From contig CAYFZI010000008.1 of the NCBI GenBank assembly GCA_964347635.1, positions 122 to 64,121 of the forward strand: DNA of 64,000 nucleotides, in the 5' to 3' direction. This stretch comes from an uncultured Dehalococcoidia bacterium. Lineage in GTDB: Bacteria; Chloroflexota; Dehalococcoidia; Bin125. Each line of letters opens with the position of its first letter. Within the stretch, counting starts at the first letter, position 1. This document shows, piece after piece, positions 29,524 through 38,703 of the stretch. The notes under the pieces were generated by a model. The model made no database searches. It was not told where the DNA came from and saw nothing but the letters and a program-made list of their open reading frames with translations. A program made the translations under genes and the position numbers.

Positions 29524-30894
29524 CTACTGCGTGCCGCGCAGGCGCGGGTCGAGAATGTCGCGCAGCGCGTCGCCCATCATGTTGAAGCCGAAGACGGCGA
29601 TCATGATCATCAGGCCGGGGAAGAAGGCCAGCCACCAGGCCTCGGTCGCGTAGACCAGGGCAATCTGGCCGGTGTCGCGGCCCCAGGTGGGGAACGGCGG
29701 CGGGATACCGAAGCCGAGGAAGGAGATGGCGGCTTCGATCAGCACTGCGGCGCCGAGGTTGAGCGAGGCCAGCACGATGATCGTGGCCATGATGTTGGGC
29801 ATGATGTGGGCGACCATGATCCGCACGTTGGTGGCGCCCAGCGAACGCGCGGCTTCGACGTAGGCCGCAGCGCGGGTGGCCAGCACGGCGCCGCGCACGA
29901 TCCGCGAGTTGCCGGCCGCCAGGACCAGCGCCACGGTCAGGATCACGGTTGTGGTGCGGGGGAAAACCTGCCAGAACCACTCATCGCCGATCTGCGCCTG
30001 CGGGCCGATGTCGGGGCCGAAGCCGAGCCCGAAGAAGCCGTCGCCGCCGGTGCCCAGCACGGCCAGCACAGCGAGGATGAGGAAGATCGCGGGAAAAGCG
30101 TTCCAAACGTCGACGATGCGCTGAATGACGAGGTCAATATCGGGCAGTGCGCCGCTGCGCGACGGCCAGCGGCCAAAGAGCGCGTCGCCGAAGTCGCTGA
30201 TCCGCTCGGAAAAGAGGTTCAGCGTGAGGATGTCGAGCAGCGCCAGCAGGAGCTGGCCGGCGAGCACGAGCAGCGCGAAGGGGAGCGAGAGCAGCCACCA
30301 GAGCGGCAGCGGCCCGCTGCGCAGATTGATGATCGGCGGCGGCGCGCGCATCGACCAGGACATGCCGGTGCCGGCGAAATAGCCGGAGACCAGCCCAATC
30401 AGGGTGGCAAGGATCGCGGTGGCGATCACGGATCCGAAGCCGACAAGGACGGTGATCTCAGTGCCGTAAATCATGCGGGTGACGATGTCGCGGCCCTGGT
30501 TGTCGGTGCCCATCACGTGGTCGGCGTTGGGCGGAGTGAAACGCTCCGTGAAATTCGCCTTGGTGTACGGAGCGACTTGGACTGCTGCGGGGTCCTGCTC
30601 AACGGTCTGGATCAGCGGGGCGACCGCGGCCACCAGCACGCTGGCCAGCAGGATGAGCGCGCCGAAGGCGCCGAGGTACTTCTTGCGCCGGAACATCCAC
30701 CAAGGCATCGCCAGCACCGCCACGAGGAAGCCGATCGAGCCGGCGAAGAGCAGCGTGGCCAGCGCGATAAGGAAACCGATCGGGCTGGAGATCGAGCGGT
30801 CGATCAGCTGCTGCAGCTGCTCGCGCAGCCAGCTGCCGATATCGGCGCGCTCTTCAACCTGCAATGCGTCGGCGGCGGCGCTGCGCTCTGTCAT
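29524..30894 (-). CDS. ABC transporter permease (DppC/OppC-like)
   Basis: Multiple TM helices. EAA-like loop (AARSLGATNVRIMVAHIMPN). Confidence 0.85.
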   Translation of the reverse strand: MTERSAAADALQVEERADIGSWLREQLQQLIDRSISSPIGFLIALATLLFAGSIGFLVAVLAMPWWMFRRKKYLGAFGALILLASVLVAAVAPLIQTVEQDPAAVQVAPYTKANFTERFTPPNADHVMGTDNQGRDIVTRMIYGTEITVLVGFGSVIATAILATLIGLVSGYFAGTGMSWSMRAPPPIINLRSGPLPLWWLLSLPFALLVLAGQLLLALLDILTLNLFSERISDFGDALFGRWPSRSGALPDIDLVIQRIVDVWNAFPAIFLILAVLAVLGTGGDGFFGLGFGPDIGPQAQIGDEWFWQVFPRTTTVILTVALVLAAGNSRIVRGAVLATRAAAYVEAARSLGATNVRIMVAHIMPNIMATIIVLASLNLGAAVLIEAAISFLGFGIPPPFPTWGRDTGQIALVYATEAWWLAFFPGLMIMIAVFGFNMMGDALRDILDPRLRGTQ

Positions 30895-30921
30895 CAGCTG
30901 CTGCTTCCCCCTCGTCGGCGC

Positions 30922-31887
30922 TTAGTTGTAACGGATCCGCGGGTCGACCAGCGAGTAGGCGATATCGATGATCAGATTGGCGACGATCACGACCAGCGCG
31001 ATGATCACCATGATGCCCATGACAACCGGAATGTCGCGGGTGCCGAGCGCGTCGATCATCCGCAGCCCCATCCCCGGCAGGGTGAAGATGAACTCCATGA
31101 TCACCGAACCGCCGACCAGGATGGAAGCGGACAGCCCGATCAGGGTGAGCACGGGGATCAGGGCGTTGCGCATGGCGTGGCGGACGATCACGGCCTGCTC
31201 GCGCAGGCCCTTGGCGCGGGCGGTGCGGACATAGTCCTGGCGCAGCACCTCGAGCATCTCGCCGCGGGTCAGACGCATCACCGGCCCGGCCAGTCCGATC
31301 CCCAACACGATCGCCGGTACGTACATCTGGCGCAGATTCTCAGCCAAGTTCTCGGTGGGGTCTTGATAGATCAGAGGCAGCGAAGGCAATCCAAGCTGAG
31401 GGAAGATCACGCGGATCACCAGTACTGCGAGCCAGAAACCGGGCACCGAGAGAGCCAGAATCGCGACTCCGCGGAAAACGTAATCAGCCCAAGAGTCCTG
31501 CCGCACGGCGGAGATGATCCCGACCGGCAGGGCGATCACGACGCCGACAATCAGAGCGAGCACGCCCAGCTCGAGGGTCACGGGAATCCGGGTGCTGAGC
31601 TCTCCGACGACGGTGTCGAAGCTGCCGATCAGCGAGGTGCCGAGGTCGCCGCGCAGGGCGTCCCAGAGCCAGTTGCCGTACTGGACAATCCAAGGATCGT
31701 TCCAGCCCAGCTCCTCTTCCCATTTGGCGCGGATCTGCTCCACATCCTCGCCCTGGCCGACATGGTCGGCCAGCATCACGTCGATGAAGTCGCCGGGCAG
31801 CAGCTGGGTCAGCAGCGAGACCAGCATCGTGACGCCGATCATCGTGGGGATGATCAATAGGATGCGGCGAAGGATGTACTGGCGCAC
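30922..31887 (-). CDS. ABC transporter permease (DppB/OppB-like)
   Basis: MRQYILRRILLIIPTMIGVT... is the typical DppB N-terminus. Confidence 0.85.
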   Translation of the reverse strand: MRQYILRRILLIIPTMIGVTMLVSLLTQLLPGDFIDVMLADHVGQGEDVEQIRAKWEEELGWNDPWIVQYGNWLWDALRGDLGTSLIGSFDTVVGELSTRIPVTLELGVLALIVGVVIALPVGIISAVRQDSWADYVFRGVAILALSVPGFWLAVLVIRVIFPQLGLPSLPLIYQDPTENLAENLRQMYVPAIVLGIGLAGPVMRLTRGEMLEVLRQDYVRTARAKGLREQAVIVRHAMRNALIPVLTLIGLSASILVGGSVIMEFIFTLPGMGLRMIDALGTRDIPVVMGIMVIIALVVIVANLIIDIAYSLVDPRIRYN

Positions 31888-31983
31888 GGCGATCTACTTC
31901 TTGATGTTCCGGCGGTGGACGGTGTTCCGTACGGGAGAGAGGGGGGCTTGCCGCCCCCCTCTCTCCTCGGTTGGCCGCGGACC

Positions 31984-34092
31984 TTAGGTGTACTGGTCCT
32001 TGATGCTCTGGTCGAGCATGAAGGTCGGCTCGCCGGCCGTGCCCCAGGCGTAGGTGGCCTTGGGCCACATGCGCTGGTTGGCGTTCTCGATCACGCCGCC
32101 GGTGTTGACGTCGACCTGCTTCATCCAGGGGTTGAAGGCGTAGACGCCGGGCGCGCCGGGGTAGGGCACCAGGTACATCTTGGTCGCCATGTAGCGCTGG
32201 ATGTCGTTGATGTACTCGATCCGCTCCTCGAGGTCGAGGAGGCCCTTCTGGATGTCGAACATATCGTGCAGGCGCTCGTCGGTCTCGGGCCCGCCGCCGC
32301 TGACGGCACTCGGGTGGTGCCACTTATCAGCGTTGCCGCCGGTGTCGAGGCCGGCGACCGAGTCTGCGGCGACGCGTCCGGCGGAGCCCCAGTTGTGGCG
32401 GCCGGAAGTGCGGGCGTAGCAGGCGGCGAAGAGGTCCTCGGGGTCCGTCGCGCCGCCGTAGAGCGGGCCGATCGCCAGGTGGCTCGACTCGCCGTCCCAG
32501 CCGTCGGGGAAGTTGCCGCGGAAGATCGAGGCGATGTAGGCCGCGTACTCCTTGAAGAAGAACTCGAACTGGAAGCCGGCCTCGGCGGCGGAGGAGGCGC
32601 AGGCCTCATAGAAGTTGACGACGGTCGCGCCGTAGTCGGCGGTGCCGTGCAGCGTCGCCTGGATCCCGTCCGGGTAGCCGGCCGCGTCCATCAGCTGGCG
32701 GGCCTTGGCGATGTCGCGGTGGAAGAGGATCCCCGAGTCCTCGCCCTCGAAGTTCTCGCCGAACTTATCGAGGTCCTTGGGGTCCATCCAGTAGGGCGGC
32801 AGCTGCGAGATGCCGCTGTGCCACTTGCCGCGCCCGGTGTCGTCGGTCGCGACCAGGATGCCGTCGCGGTCCATCGAGAGCGAGAGCGCCTGGCGCATCC
32901 GCACGTCGTTCCAAGGCGGGATCGAGAAGTTGAAGTAGAACCCGCCGGGCACGGTGTTGAGCGTGTAGACGAGGCCGTCGTCGTCGATCTGCGGCGCCGC
33001 CTCGCGGGCCTGCTTGTAGATCGCGGGCGAGAGCTGCGAGAAGTCCAGCGCGCCGTCGCCGAGCGAGGGGATCAGGACGTTGGTGTCGCCGTTCATCGTG
33101 GCGACGATCCCGTCCATCAAGGGCAGGTTTTGGGAGAGGTTGACGTAGTCGTTGTTGCGGTGCCAGTGGTCGCGGTTGTGGCGCCACTGCAGCGCCACGC
33201 CGGGCTCGAAGCTCTCGAAGATCCAGGGCCCGGAGCCGACCGGCCGCTCGGCGACGGTGCCGTCGTCGACGATCTCGTGCGGGATCAGCCACATGTGCTG
33301 CGAGGAGCCGGCCAGGGTCAGGAAAGGCGCGTGCGGCCGGTGCAGCTTGAAGGTGATCGAGCGGTCCTCGCCGATCGCGAAGCTGTCCACCACGGCGTCC
33401 CAGCCGGCCGAGTTGGCGGAGATCTCCTTGAAGCGGTCGTGCGTCAGCTGGATGTCGTCCATCGTCATCGCGCGGCCGTTGAGGGGGTCGACATCGTGCC
33501 AGTGGATGTCGTCGCGGATGGTGAAGACGTAGGTCGTGTCGTCGGGGATCTCGGGCAGCGAGGCGGCGGCGTCGGGCTCGTACTCGGCGGTGTTGATCGG
33601 GTTGACGCCGTCAGCGCCGGTGATCGCCTGGAGCAGCTTCGAGTAGTGGAAGCCGGCCGGGATCTGGGCGCGGTAGGTGAGGTTCTCGTAGGGGTCGAGG
33701 GTCGGCGGGTCGCCCGAGTAGGGGCCCACGAAGGGCGCCGTGCGCACGCCCCCGATGACCAGATCCGAGGGGGCGGCCGAAACAGTCTGCCCGTCATCCT
33801 GCGGATCGTCCTGCATGGCCTGCGGGTCGTCCTGCATCGCCTGCTGCTCGTCCTGCATGGCCTGCTGCTCGGCCTGCATCGCCTGCTGCTGCATGGACTG
33901 CTGCTGCATCGCCTGCTGCTGCGCCTGCTGAACCTGGGCGGCGGCCTGCTGGCCGCCGTCGTCATCGTCGTCGCCGCAGCCGACCAGGGCGAGGCCGGCC
34001 GCGCCGACGCCGGCGCGCGCTGAGGCTCCGAGCAGGGTGCGCCGCGAGAGGCGCCGCCGCCGCATTCGGCTCCAGTAGTTTCGCTCTTGCAT
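31984..34092 (-). CDS. ABC transporter substrate-binding protein, family 5, Tat/lipoprotein
   Basis: Start MQERNYWSRMRRRRLSRRTLL, with AGGAGG 8 nt upstream. It carries a QQAMQ-repeat low-complexity linker followed by the family-5 SBP fold. Confidence 0.85.
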   Translation of the reverse strand: MQERNYWSRMRRRRLSRRTLLGASARAGVGAAGLALVGCGDDDDDGGQQAAAQVQQAQQQAMQQQSMQQQAMQAEQQAMQDEQQAMQDDPQAMQDDPQDDGQTVSAAPSDLVIGGVRTAPFVGPYSGDPPTLDPYENLTYRAQIPAGFHYSKLLQAITGADGVNPINTAEYEPDAAASLPEIPDDTTYVFTIRDDIHWHDVDPLNGRAMTMDDIQLTHDRFKEISANSAGWDAVVDSFAIGEDRSITFKLHRPHAPFLTLAGSSQHMWLIPHEIVDDGTVAERPVGSGPWIFESFEPGVALQWRHNRDHWHRNNDYVNLSQNLPLMDGIVATMNGDTNVLIPSLGDGALDFSQLSPAIYKQAREAAPQIDDDGLVYTLNTVPGGFYFNFSIPPWNDVRMRQALSLSMDRDGILVATDDTGRGKWHSGISQLPPYWMDPKDLDKFGENFEGEDSGILFHRDIAKARQLMDAAGYPDGIQATLHGTADYGATVVNFYEACASSAAEAGFQFEFFFKEYAAYIASIFRGNFPDGWDGESSHLAIGPLYGGATDPEDLFAACYARTSGRHNWGSAGRVAADSVAGLDTGGNADKWHHPSAVSGGGPETDERLHDMFDIQKGLLDLEERIEYINDIQRYMATKMYLVPYPGAPGVYAFNPWMKQVDVNTGGVIENANQRMWPKATYAWGTAGEPTFMLDQSIKDQYT
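33770..33960 (-). repeat. In-frame tandem coding repeat (QQAMQ linker)
   Basis: Repeated ctgctgcatggcctgctgctc-type units. They translate (minus strand) to the low-complexity linker of the SBP. Confidence 0.6.
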
Positions 34093-34377
34093 GGGTCTGG
34101 TCCTCCTGTCGGGCGTTCGCCCGCTTGTGCGTGCCGCAGCCGCCACGGATCACGCGGCTACGATCGATTGAGGGATCGTACCCCAAGTGTGTCGCTAGAG
34201 TCATTCGCGCGTCGGCGAATATTTCAGCTGTTCGTAGCAGTGTTTTGGCGGCTGCCTCGGCCGGGTGCCGGCGGTGAGCAAGCCGAAGCGGTGCAGCTCT
34301 GAGGTCAGGTCGGAGTAGATCAGGCGTCGGGCGCGCAGAGGCGCCCTGCAGTTCCCGCCGTCTGCGGCGGAGTGCGC

Positions 34378-34734
34378 TGGTGGAGACGGGGGAGAATCGA
34401 ACTCCCCGTCCAGACGGTCACTCCCTGCAGCCTCTACGCGCGTAGCCGCCGCTTGCAGTGTCCCCGTCCGCCGGCGCGTCGGCCTACCGTTACGGCCAGG
34501 TAATTCGGGATGGTCTTTTCGGCGCGGTCCCGTCATCCCGCGCCGAGCAGCCGAACTGTCGGCGCCGCATTCCCTCCGGTCGGCGGCGGATGGGAGGCGG
34601 CGTCGCCGCGGTTAGGCGGCGAGGGCGAGTTCCTTGGGTTCGCCAGTTAAGGAAGGTGGGCGCAGATTAGCGAGGAGCGCCACCTCGGCGCGCAGCCGCA
34701 GATCAGTCGGCCGCTGTCGATCCCTTTCGTCCCC
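34378..34734 (-). ncRNA. ssrA: tmRNA (transfer-messenger RNA)
   Basis: - Minus-strand RNA begins GGGGACGAAAGGGAUCGAC and ends ...GGGGAGUUCGAUUCUCCCCCGUCUCCACCA.
- T-arm: GGGGAG / UUCGAUU / CUCCCC.
- Acceptor stem: GGGGACG pairs with CGUCUCC, including the G3:U pair, followed by discriminator A and CCA.
- Internal tag ORF: ...GGC GAA CCC AAG GAA CUC GCC CUC GCC GCC UAA, reading GEPKELALAA followed by a stop. Confidence 0.85.
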
Positions 34735-34823
34735 CTATGCGCACCGACGTGCGTCGGCCTGGCTTCACAATACTATGCAGCGCCGATAGCTGCTGCGGCA
34801 GTTGACGCGCAGGCTGCAGAGGC

Positions 34824-36392
34824 GTGATCCTGCCGGCCGTGCCCGAGCTGTACCGCAGCGCCTTCGAGATCGATGCACCGCTCCCGCAGGTCAGCGAGAC
34901 GGTGCGCGCGTGGGCCGCAGATCTGTTCGACGGCCCCGAGCCGAAGGGGCTGGACGAGCCGAGCGGCAGCTGGAGGCACGGGGAGCACTCACTCGAAATT
35001 TGGAGCAGCGCGGACGCCGATGCGGCGGTGTTCAATCTGCAGCAGGCGCTGCCCGCCCCGAACGGCGACGGCCGTTGGTGGATTGAGCTCAAGCTCGCGG
35101 CCGAAGGCGGGCCGCTGTTCGCCGAGGCCGCGGTGCGGCACGAGCCCGCCTCCGCTGCAGTCCAGCCAAACGGCCGGGCGAAGGGCTTCGTGAAGTTGAG
35201 ACTGGTGCGCCGGCTAATCGACGCTTATGCCTGCTCCAGCGGCGGACTGCGCTTATCCAACCGCGCGGCGCTGATTGAAGCCGGCCAAGTCGAGCGCTTT
35301 CTTCAGCAAGTGCTGCTCAATCCTGCGCGGCGCCTGCCGGTCGCCGCGGCGTCTCGGCACCGCAGCGGCCAGACCGCGCTCGATGCCGATGCGCTGCAGC
35401 GGGACCTCGCCGGCGCGGCTGTCGTTGCGGTCTGGGACGGCGAGGCGTCGAGGCGGATCAGCGGCGAGCTGGGCCGCCAGTTCGCTTGCTACGACGGGGC
35501 GGTGCGGGTCTATCGGCCGGGGCTGTCGGCGGGCGATTCGCCGGGGCGGCACCGCTTCACGTTGTGGTCGGCGGCGCGCAATCGGAACTTCGCCGAGCCG
35601 CTGCGCACCGCCGCCGCGCGGATCGCGGCCGAATCTGCACCGCCGAGCCGCTGCGATCCGATCGCCGAGCGGATTCGCGGCGCGGAGCATGCACGCCTCG
35701 CTGCGCAGGTCGGCGAGCTGACGCAGGCGTTGGAGTTCCGCGCTGCCGCGGGCGCCCAGCAGCAGCTGGACGTGGACGCAGCACGGGCGGCGATCGCATC
35801 GCAGCAGCTGCAGCTCCAGGACCAGCAGGCGCAGCTGGCCCGGATCGAGGCTGAGAACGAACGGCTCAAAGACAGAAACGCGCTGCTCGAACAGGCGCTC
35901 GACCGCGCTGCTGAGTATCAGGCGGGGCAAGGAGGAGACGCGCAGGAGGTGGACGCTCCAGAGACGGTCGCGGAGGCGGTAGCGCTGGCCGAGGCGCGCT
36001 GCCGCCACCTGGAGCTGTTCGACAACGCTGCGCAGGCTGCGGGCGGTTCGCACTATCAACAGCCGGGTGCAGTCTTCGAGCAGCTGCAGCTGCTGGATCA
36101 GCTGGCGGCGGAGCTCGCGGGCGGATCGGTCAGCGAAACGCAGATCGTGGGCTGGCTGCGGACGCGCGGCGCCGATGTTTCCGGCGAGAGCCAGGACACG
36201 ATGCACCGCTACGGCGACGAGCGGCAATTCCGCAGCCCCGGCGGACACTTAGTGGAGATGCAGCTGCACATCAAGCTGGGCGGCGGACGCGGGCGGGACG
36301 CCAACTGCCGAATCCACTTCGCCTGGAGCGCCGAGCTGGGCAAGCTGCAGGTGGGCCATGTCGGCCGCCACCTGCAGACGAGCCGCAGCTAG
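34824..36392 (+). CDS. Hypothetical 522-aa protein with central coiled coil
   Basis: The track ORF is the only long ORF here. It has an N-terminal globular region, a Q/A/E-rich coiled-coil at about aa 290-370, and a C-terminal region carrying a His-rich motif (HIKLGGGRGRDANCRIHFAW...GHVGRH). No family recognised. Confidence 0.55.
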   Translation: MILPAVPELYRSAFEIDAPLPQVSETVRAWAADLFDGPEPKGLDEPSGSWRHGEHSLEIWSSADADAAVFNLQQALPAPNGDGRWWIELKLAAEGGPLFAEAAVRHEPASAAVQPNGRAKGFVKLRLVRRLIDAYACSSGGLRLSNRAALIEAGQVERFLQQVLLNPARRLPVAAASRHRSGQTALDADALQRDLAGAAVVAVWDGEASRRISGELGRQFACYDGAVRVYRPGLSAGDSPGRHRFTLWSAARNRNFAEPLRTAAARIAAESAPPSRCDPIAERIRGAEHARLAAQVGELTQALEFRAAAGAQQQLDVDAARAAIASQQLQLQDQQAQLARIEAENERLKDRNALLEQALDRAAEYQAGQGGDAQEVDAPETVAEAVALAEARCRHLELFDNAAQAAGGSHYQQPGAVFEQLQLLDQLAAELAGGSVSETQIVGWLRTRGADVSGESQDTMHRYGDERQFRSPGGHLVEMQLHIKLGGGRGRDANCRIHFAWSAELGKLQVGHVGRHLQTSRS

Positions 36393-36652
36393 GGCCTGCT
36401 CAGGTTCAGCGGCGCGGATCACTGCAGTGCCGGCGCTGTGCGAATCGGTGCAAACGCTCCCGCCTCCCAACTTGTGAGGGGAGAGGGGAGTGAGGCGGCA
36501 TCTCCTCCACTCCATTAGCGAGGGAGAGGGGAACGTGTGCAGGTGCGGCGCCCATGCCCGGCGCCGGTTTGGCGGGATGCTGTTCGCGAGCGCGACGGAG
36601 CGGGCGGCGGCCGTTCCCGCGCCGAGTGCGCCTTACGTGACGCGCACAGGGG

Positions 36653-38053
36653 CTAGCGCGGCAGCCACTCTGGTTGATGCGCGCCCGGTTTGACGGTGCG
36701 GCTCCAGGCCGGCTTGGTGTGCGAGAAGTTGATCGGGAACTTGAGCCGCGTGAGCGTGCCGTAGTCCGACTCGACGTCTTCGGAGAACTGCTCGGCCAGC
36801 CGGTAGCCCGCTTCGGGATCCGCCTCGGCCATATCGTGCACGGCGCCCATGCGCAGGAACCAGGCGGCGGTCTGGCCGAGCGAGACCGTCACGTGCCAGG
36901 AGCTGCCCTCCAGGGCGCGGCGCTTGAGCGCTTCGAGCACTCCGTAGGCGCCCCAATAGCCGGTGCAATAGTCGTTCATCGCCATCGCCGGCCCGGCGCC
37001 GATCAGCTGGCCGGGCGGCTGCTGGAGCGCGTGGATGCCGCTCGCGGCCTGTACGTTGCCGTCGAAGCCGCGCTTTTCGCGCCACGGGCCGCGCTGGCCG
37101 TAGGCGTTCTCGGAGACATAAATGATGCCCGGGCGCCGCGCCGCGAGGGCCGCCGGGCCCAACCCGCGCCGCGCCAGACTCTCTGCGCGGTACGACTGCG
37201 AAAATACGTCCGCCTCCTCGATCAGCGTCCACACCGCTGCCGCGCCCTCAGCTGTCTCCAGATCGGCGAAGGCGCGCCGCTTGCCGTGGCCCGTGTCGGC
37301 CTGCGCGGCCTGGATGTCGGGCAGGTGCGGCGAGCCGATATGGAGCACATCGGCGCCCAGCGCCGCGAGCGTGCGGGAGATCGTTGGGCCGGCGAGCACG
37401 CGCGTGGCATCGAGCACGCGCAGGCCGCCGAGCGGCTGCGCGCCGGCGCTCTGCGGCAAGGGGGTCGGCGGCGCATCGCCGATCCGTTCGATCGCGACCG
37501 CCGGCGCGTCGGCGAGCAGCCGGCCCTGCGGATGGCGCCGCCATTCATCCGCCCCGCGGACCACGACGCCGGTCAGCTGCGCATCGACCAGCGCCGCCTC
37601 CAGCTCGGCCGAGCCGCGCGCGGCGATGTGCTCCGCGAGCCGCTCGGGGTCCTCGCAGCCGAGCGCCTGCAGCGTCCGTTCGGCGATATGCGCGAAGCCG
37701 CTCAGCAGGTACAGGTAGCGGCCGTCGCGCGTGGGGAAGATGCCTTGGCCGGGCGCCAGATCGTCCATCAGCACGTCGGTCGCCAGCGCGCCGTTGACCC
37801 GCAGCACCCACATGCTGCTAATCGAGACCAGCGCGTGGCCGACGTCGATCTGCGCCGTCTGGTTCGTCCCGTCCGCGGCGGCGGTGATTTCGTTAACCGC
37901 GCCGGCTACGTTGGCCAGCACCGTCGCGGTGCCGTGGCCAAGCCGCAGCGGCGAGGGGTAGGTCGGGTCATCCGGCCCGCTGAACTCGATCGGGATGCTT
38001 GCCGGCGGTACGCCGGCGGCTGCGGAGACGGCTTCAAGATCGGCGCGCTGCAT
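36653..38053 (-). CDS. CoA-transferase family III (CaiB/BaiF-like), third paralog
   Basis: GGLRVLDATRVLAGPTISRTLAALGADVLHIGSP core. 466 aa, including an N-terminal extension. Confidence 0.8.
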   Translation of the reverse strand: MQRADLEAVSAAAGVPPASIPIEFSGPDDPTYPSPLRLGHGTATVLANVAGAVNEITAAADGTNQTAQIDVGHALVSISSMWVLRVNGALATDVLMDDLAPGQGIFPTRDGRYLYLLSGFAHIAERTLQALGCEDPERLAEHIAARGSAELEAALVDAQLTGVVVRGADEWRRHPQGRLLADAPAVAIERIGDAPPTPLPQSAGAQPLGGLRVLDATRVLAGPTISRTLAALGADVLHIGSPHLPDIQAAQADTGHGKRRAFADLETAEGAAAVWTLIEEADVFSQSYRAESLARRGLGPAALAARRPGIIYVSENAYGQRGPWREKRGFDGNVQAASGIHALQQPPGQLIGAGPAMAMNDYCTGYWGAYGVLEALKRRALEGSSWHVTVSLGQTAAWFLRMGAVHDMAEADPEAGYRLAEQFSEDVESDYGTLTRLKFPINFSHTKPAWSRTVKPGAHQPEWLPR

Positions 38054-38116
38054 GGTCGAAATCCTCAGCTGCTGAGGGCGCTGCTGCAGCGCTGAGGCTA
38101 GCGTTCGGGGCGCCGC

Positions 38117-38641
38117 TCAGGCGTTGCTGCGGCGCAGCGCGCGGGCGATTTCGCGGTTCGTCTCGCGCTCGCGGATGCGGTCGCGCTTTTCGTGCTCGCG
38201 CTTGCCGCGGCCGATCCCGAGCTCCAGCTTGGCCAGCCCGCCCTTGAGGTAGAGCTGCAGCGGCACGAGCGTCAGGCGGCGCTGCTCGAACGCGGCCTCG
38301 AGCTGGTTGATCTCGCGCCGGTGCAGCAGCAGGCGGCGGTCGCGCGTCGGCTCGTGATTGGCCTCGCCGGCGGGCTCGTAGCGCGCGATATGAGCGCCGA
38401 TCAACCACAGCTGGCGGTTGCGCGGGCGGCAGTAGGCCTCCGCGATTGAGCCGCGGCCCAGCCGCAGCGACTTGATCTCGCTGCCGCGCAGCTCGATCCC
38501 GGCCTCGAAGCGCTGCAGGATCTCATACTGCCAGTGCGCGCGCCGGTTGCGGGCGAGGACGCGGTTGTTCTGCCGATCGGGATCGGGCTGGGCCGCGGTC
38601 TCGGCGGCGCGGCGCTGTTTGGAACGCGATCGTGCGGCCAC
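38117..38641 (-). CDS. smpB: SsrA-binding protein SmpB
   Basis: RRAHWQYEILQRFEAGIELRGSEIKSLR...LLLHRREI matches the SmpB core. Confidence 0.85.
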   Translation of the reverse strand: MAARSRSKQRRAAETAAQPDPDRQNNRVLARNRRAHWQYEILQRFEAGIELRGSEIKSLRLGRGSIAEAYCRPRNRQLWLIGAHIARYEPAGEANHEPTRDRRLLLHRREINQLEAAFEQRRLTLVPLQLYLKGGLAKLELGIGRGKREHEKRDRIRERETNREIARALRRSNA

Positions 38642-38703
38642 GCGTCGAGTTTACGGCGGTGCAGCGAAGGCGGCACAGCCGCAGCGGGCCGCCGCGTGCA
38701 GCC

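Noticed and set aside
29521-34023. 779-aa and 702-aa plus-strand ORFs
   Set aside because: Antisense to the ABC permeases and the second SBP. Compositional artefacts.
34146-34824. Possible genomic island at the tmRNA 3' end
   Set aside because: The flanks on both sides are ordinary housekeeping or transport genes. No integrase, direct repeat of the ssrA 3' end, or phage gene was seen.
36674-38095. 473-aa plus-strand ORF
   Set aside because: Antisense to the CoA-transferase at 36653..38053. No homology.
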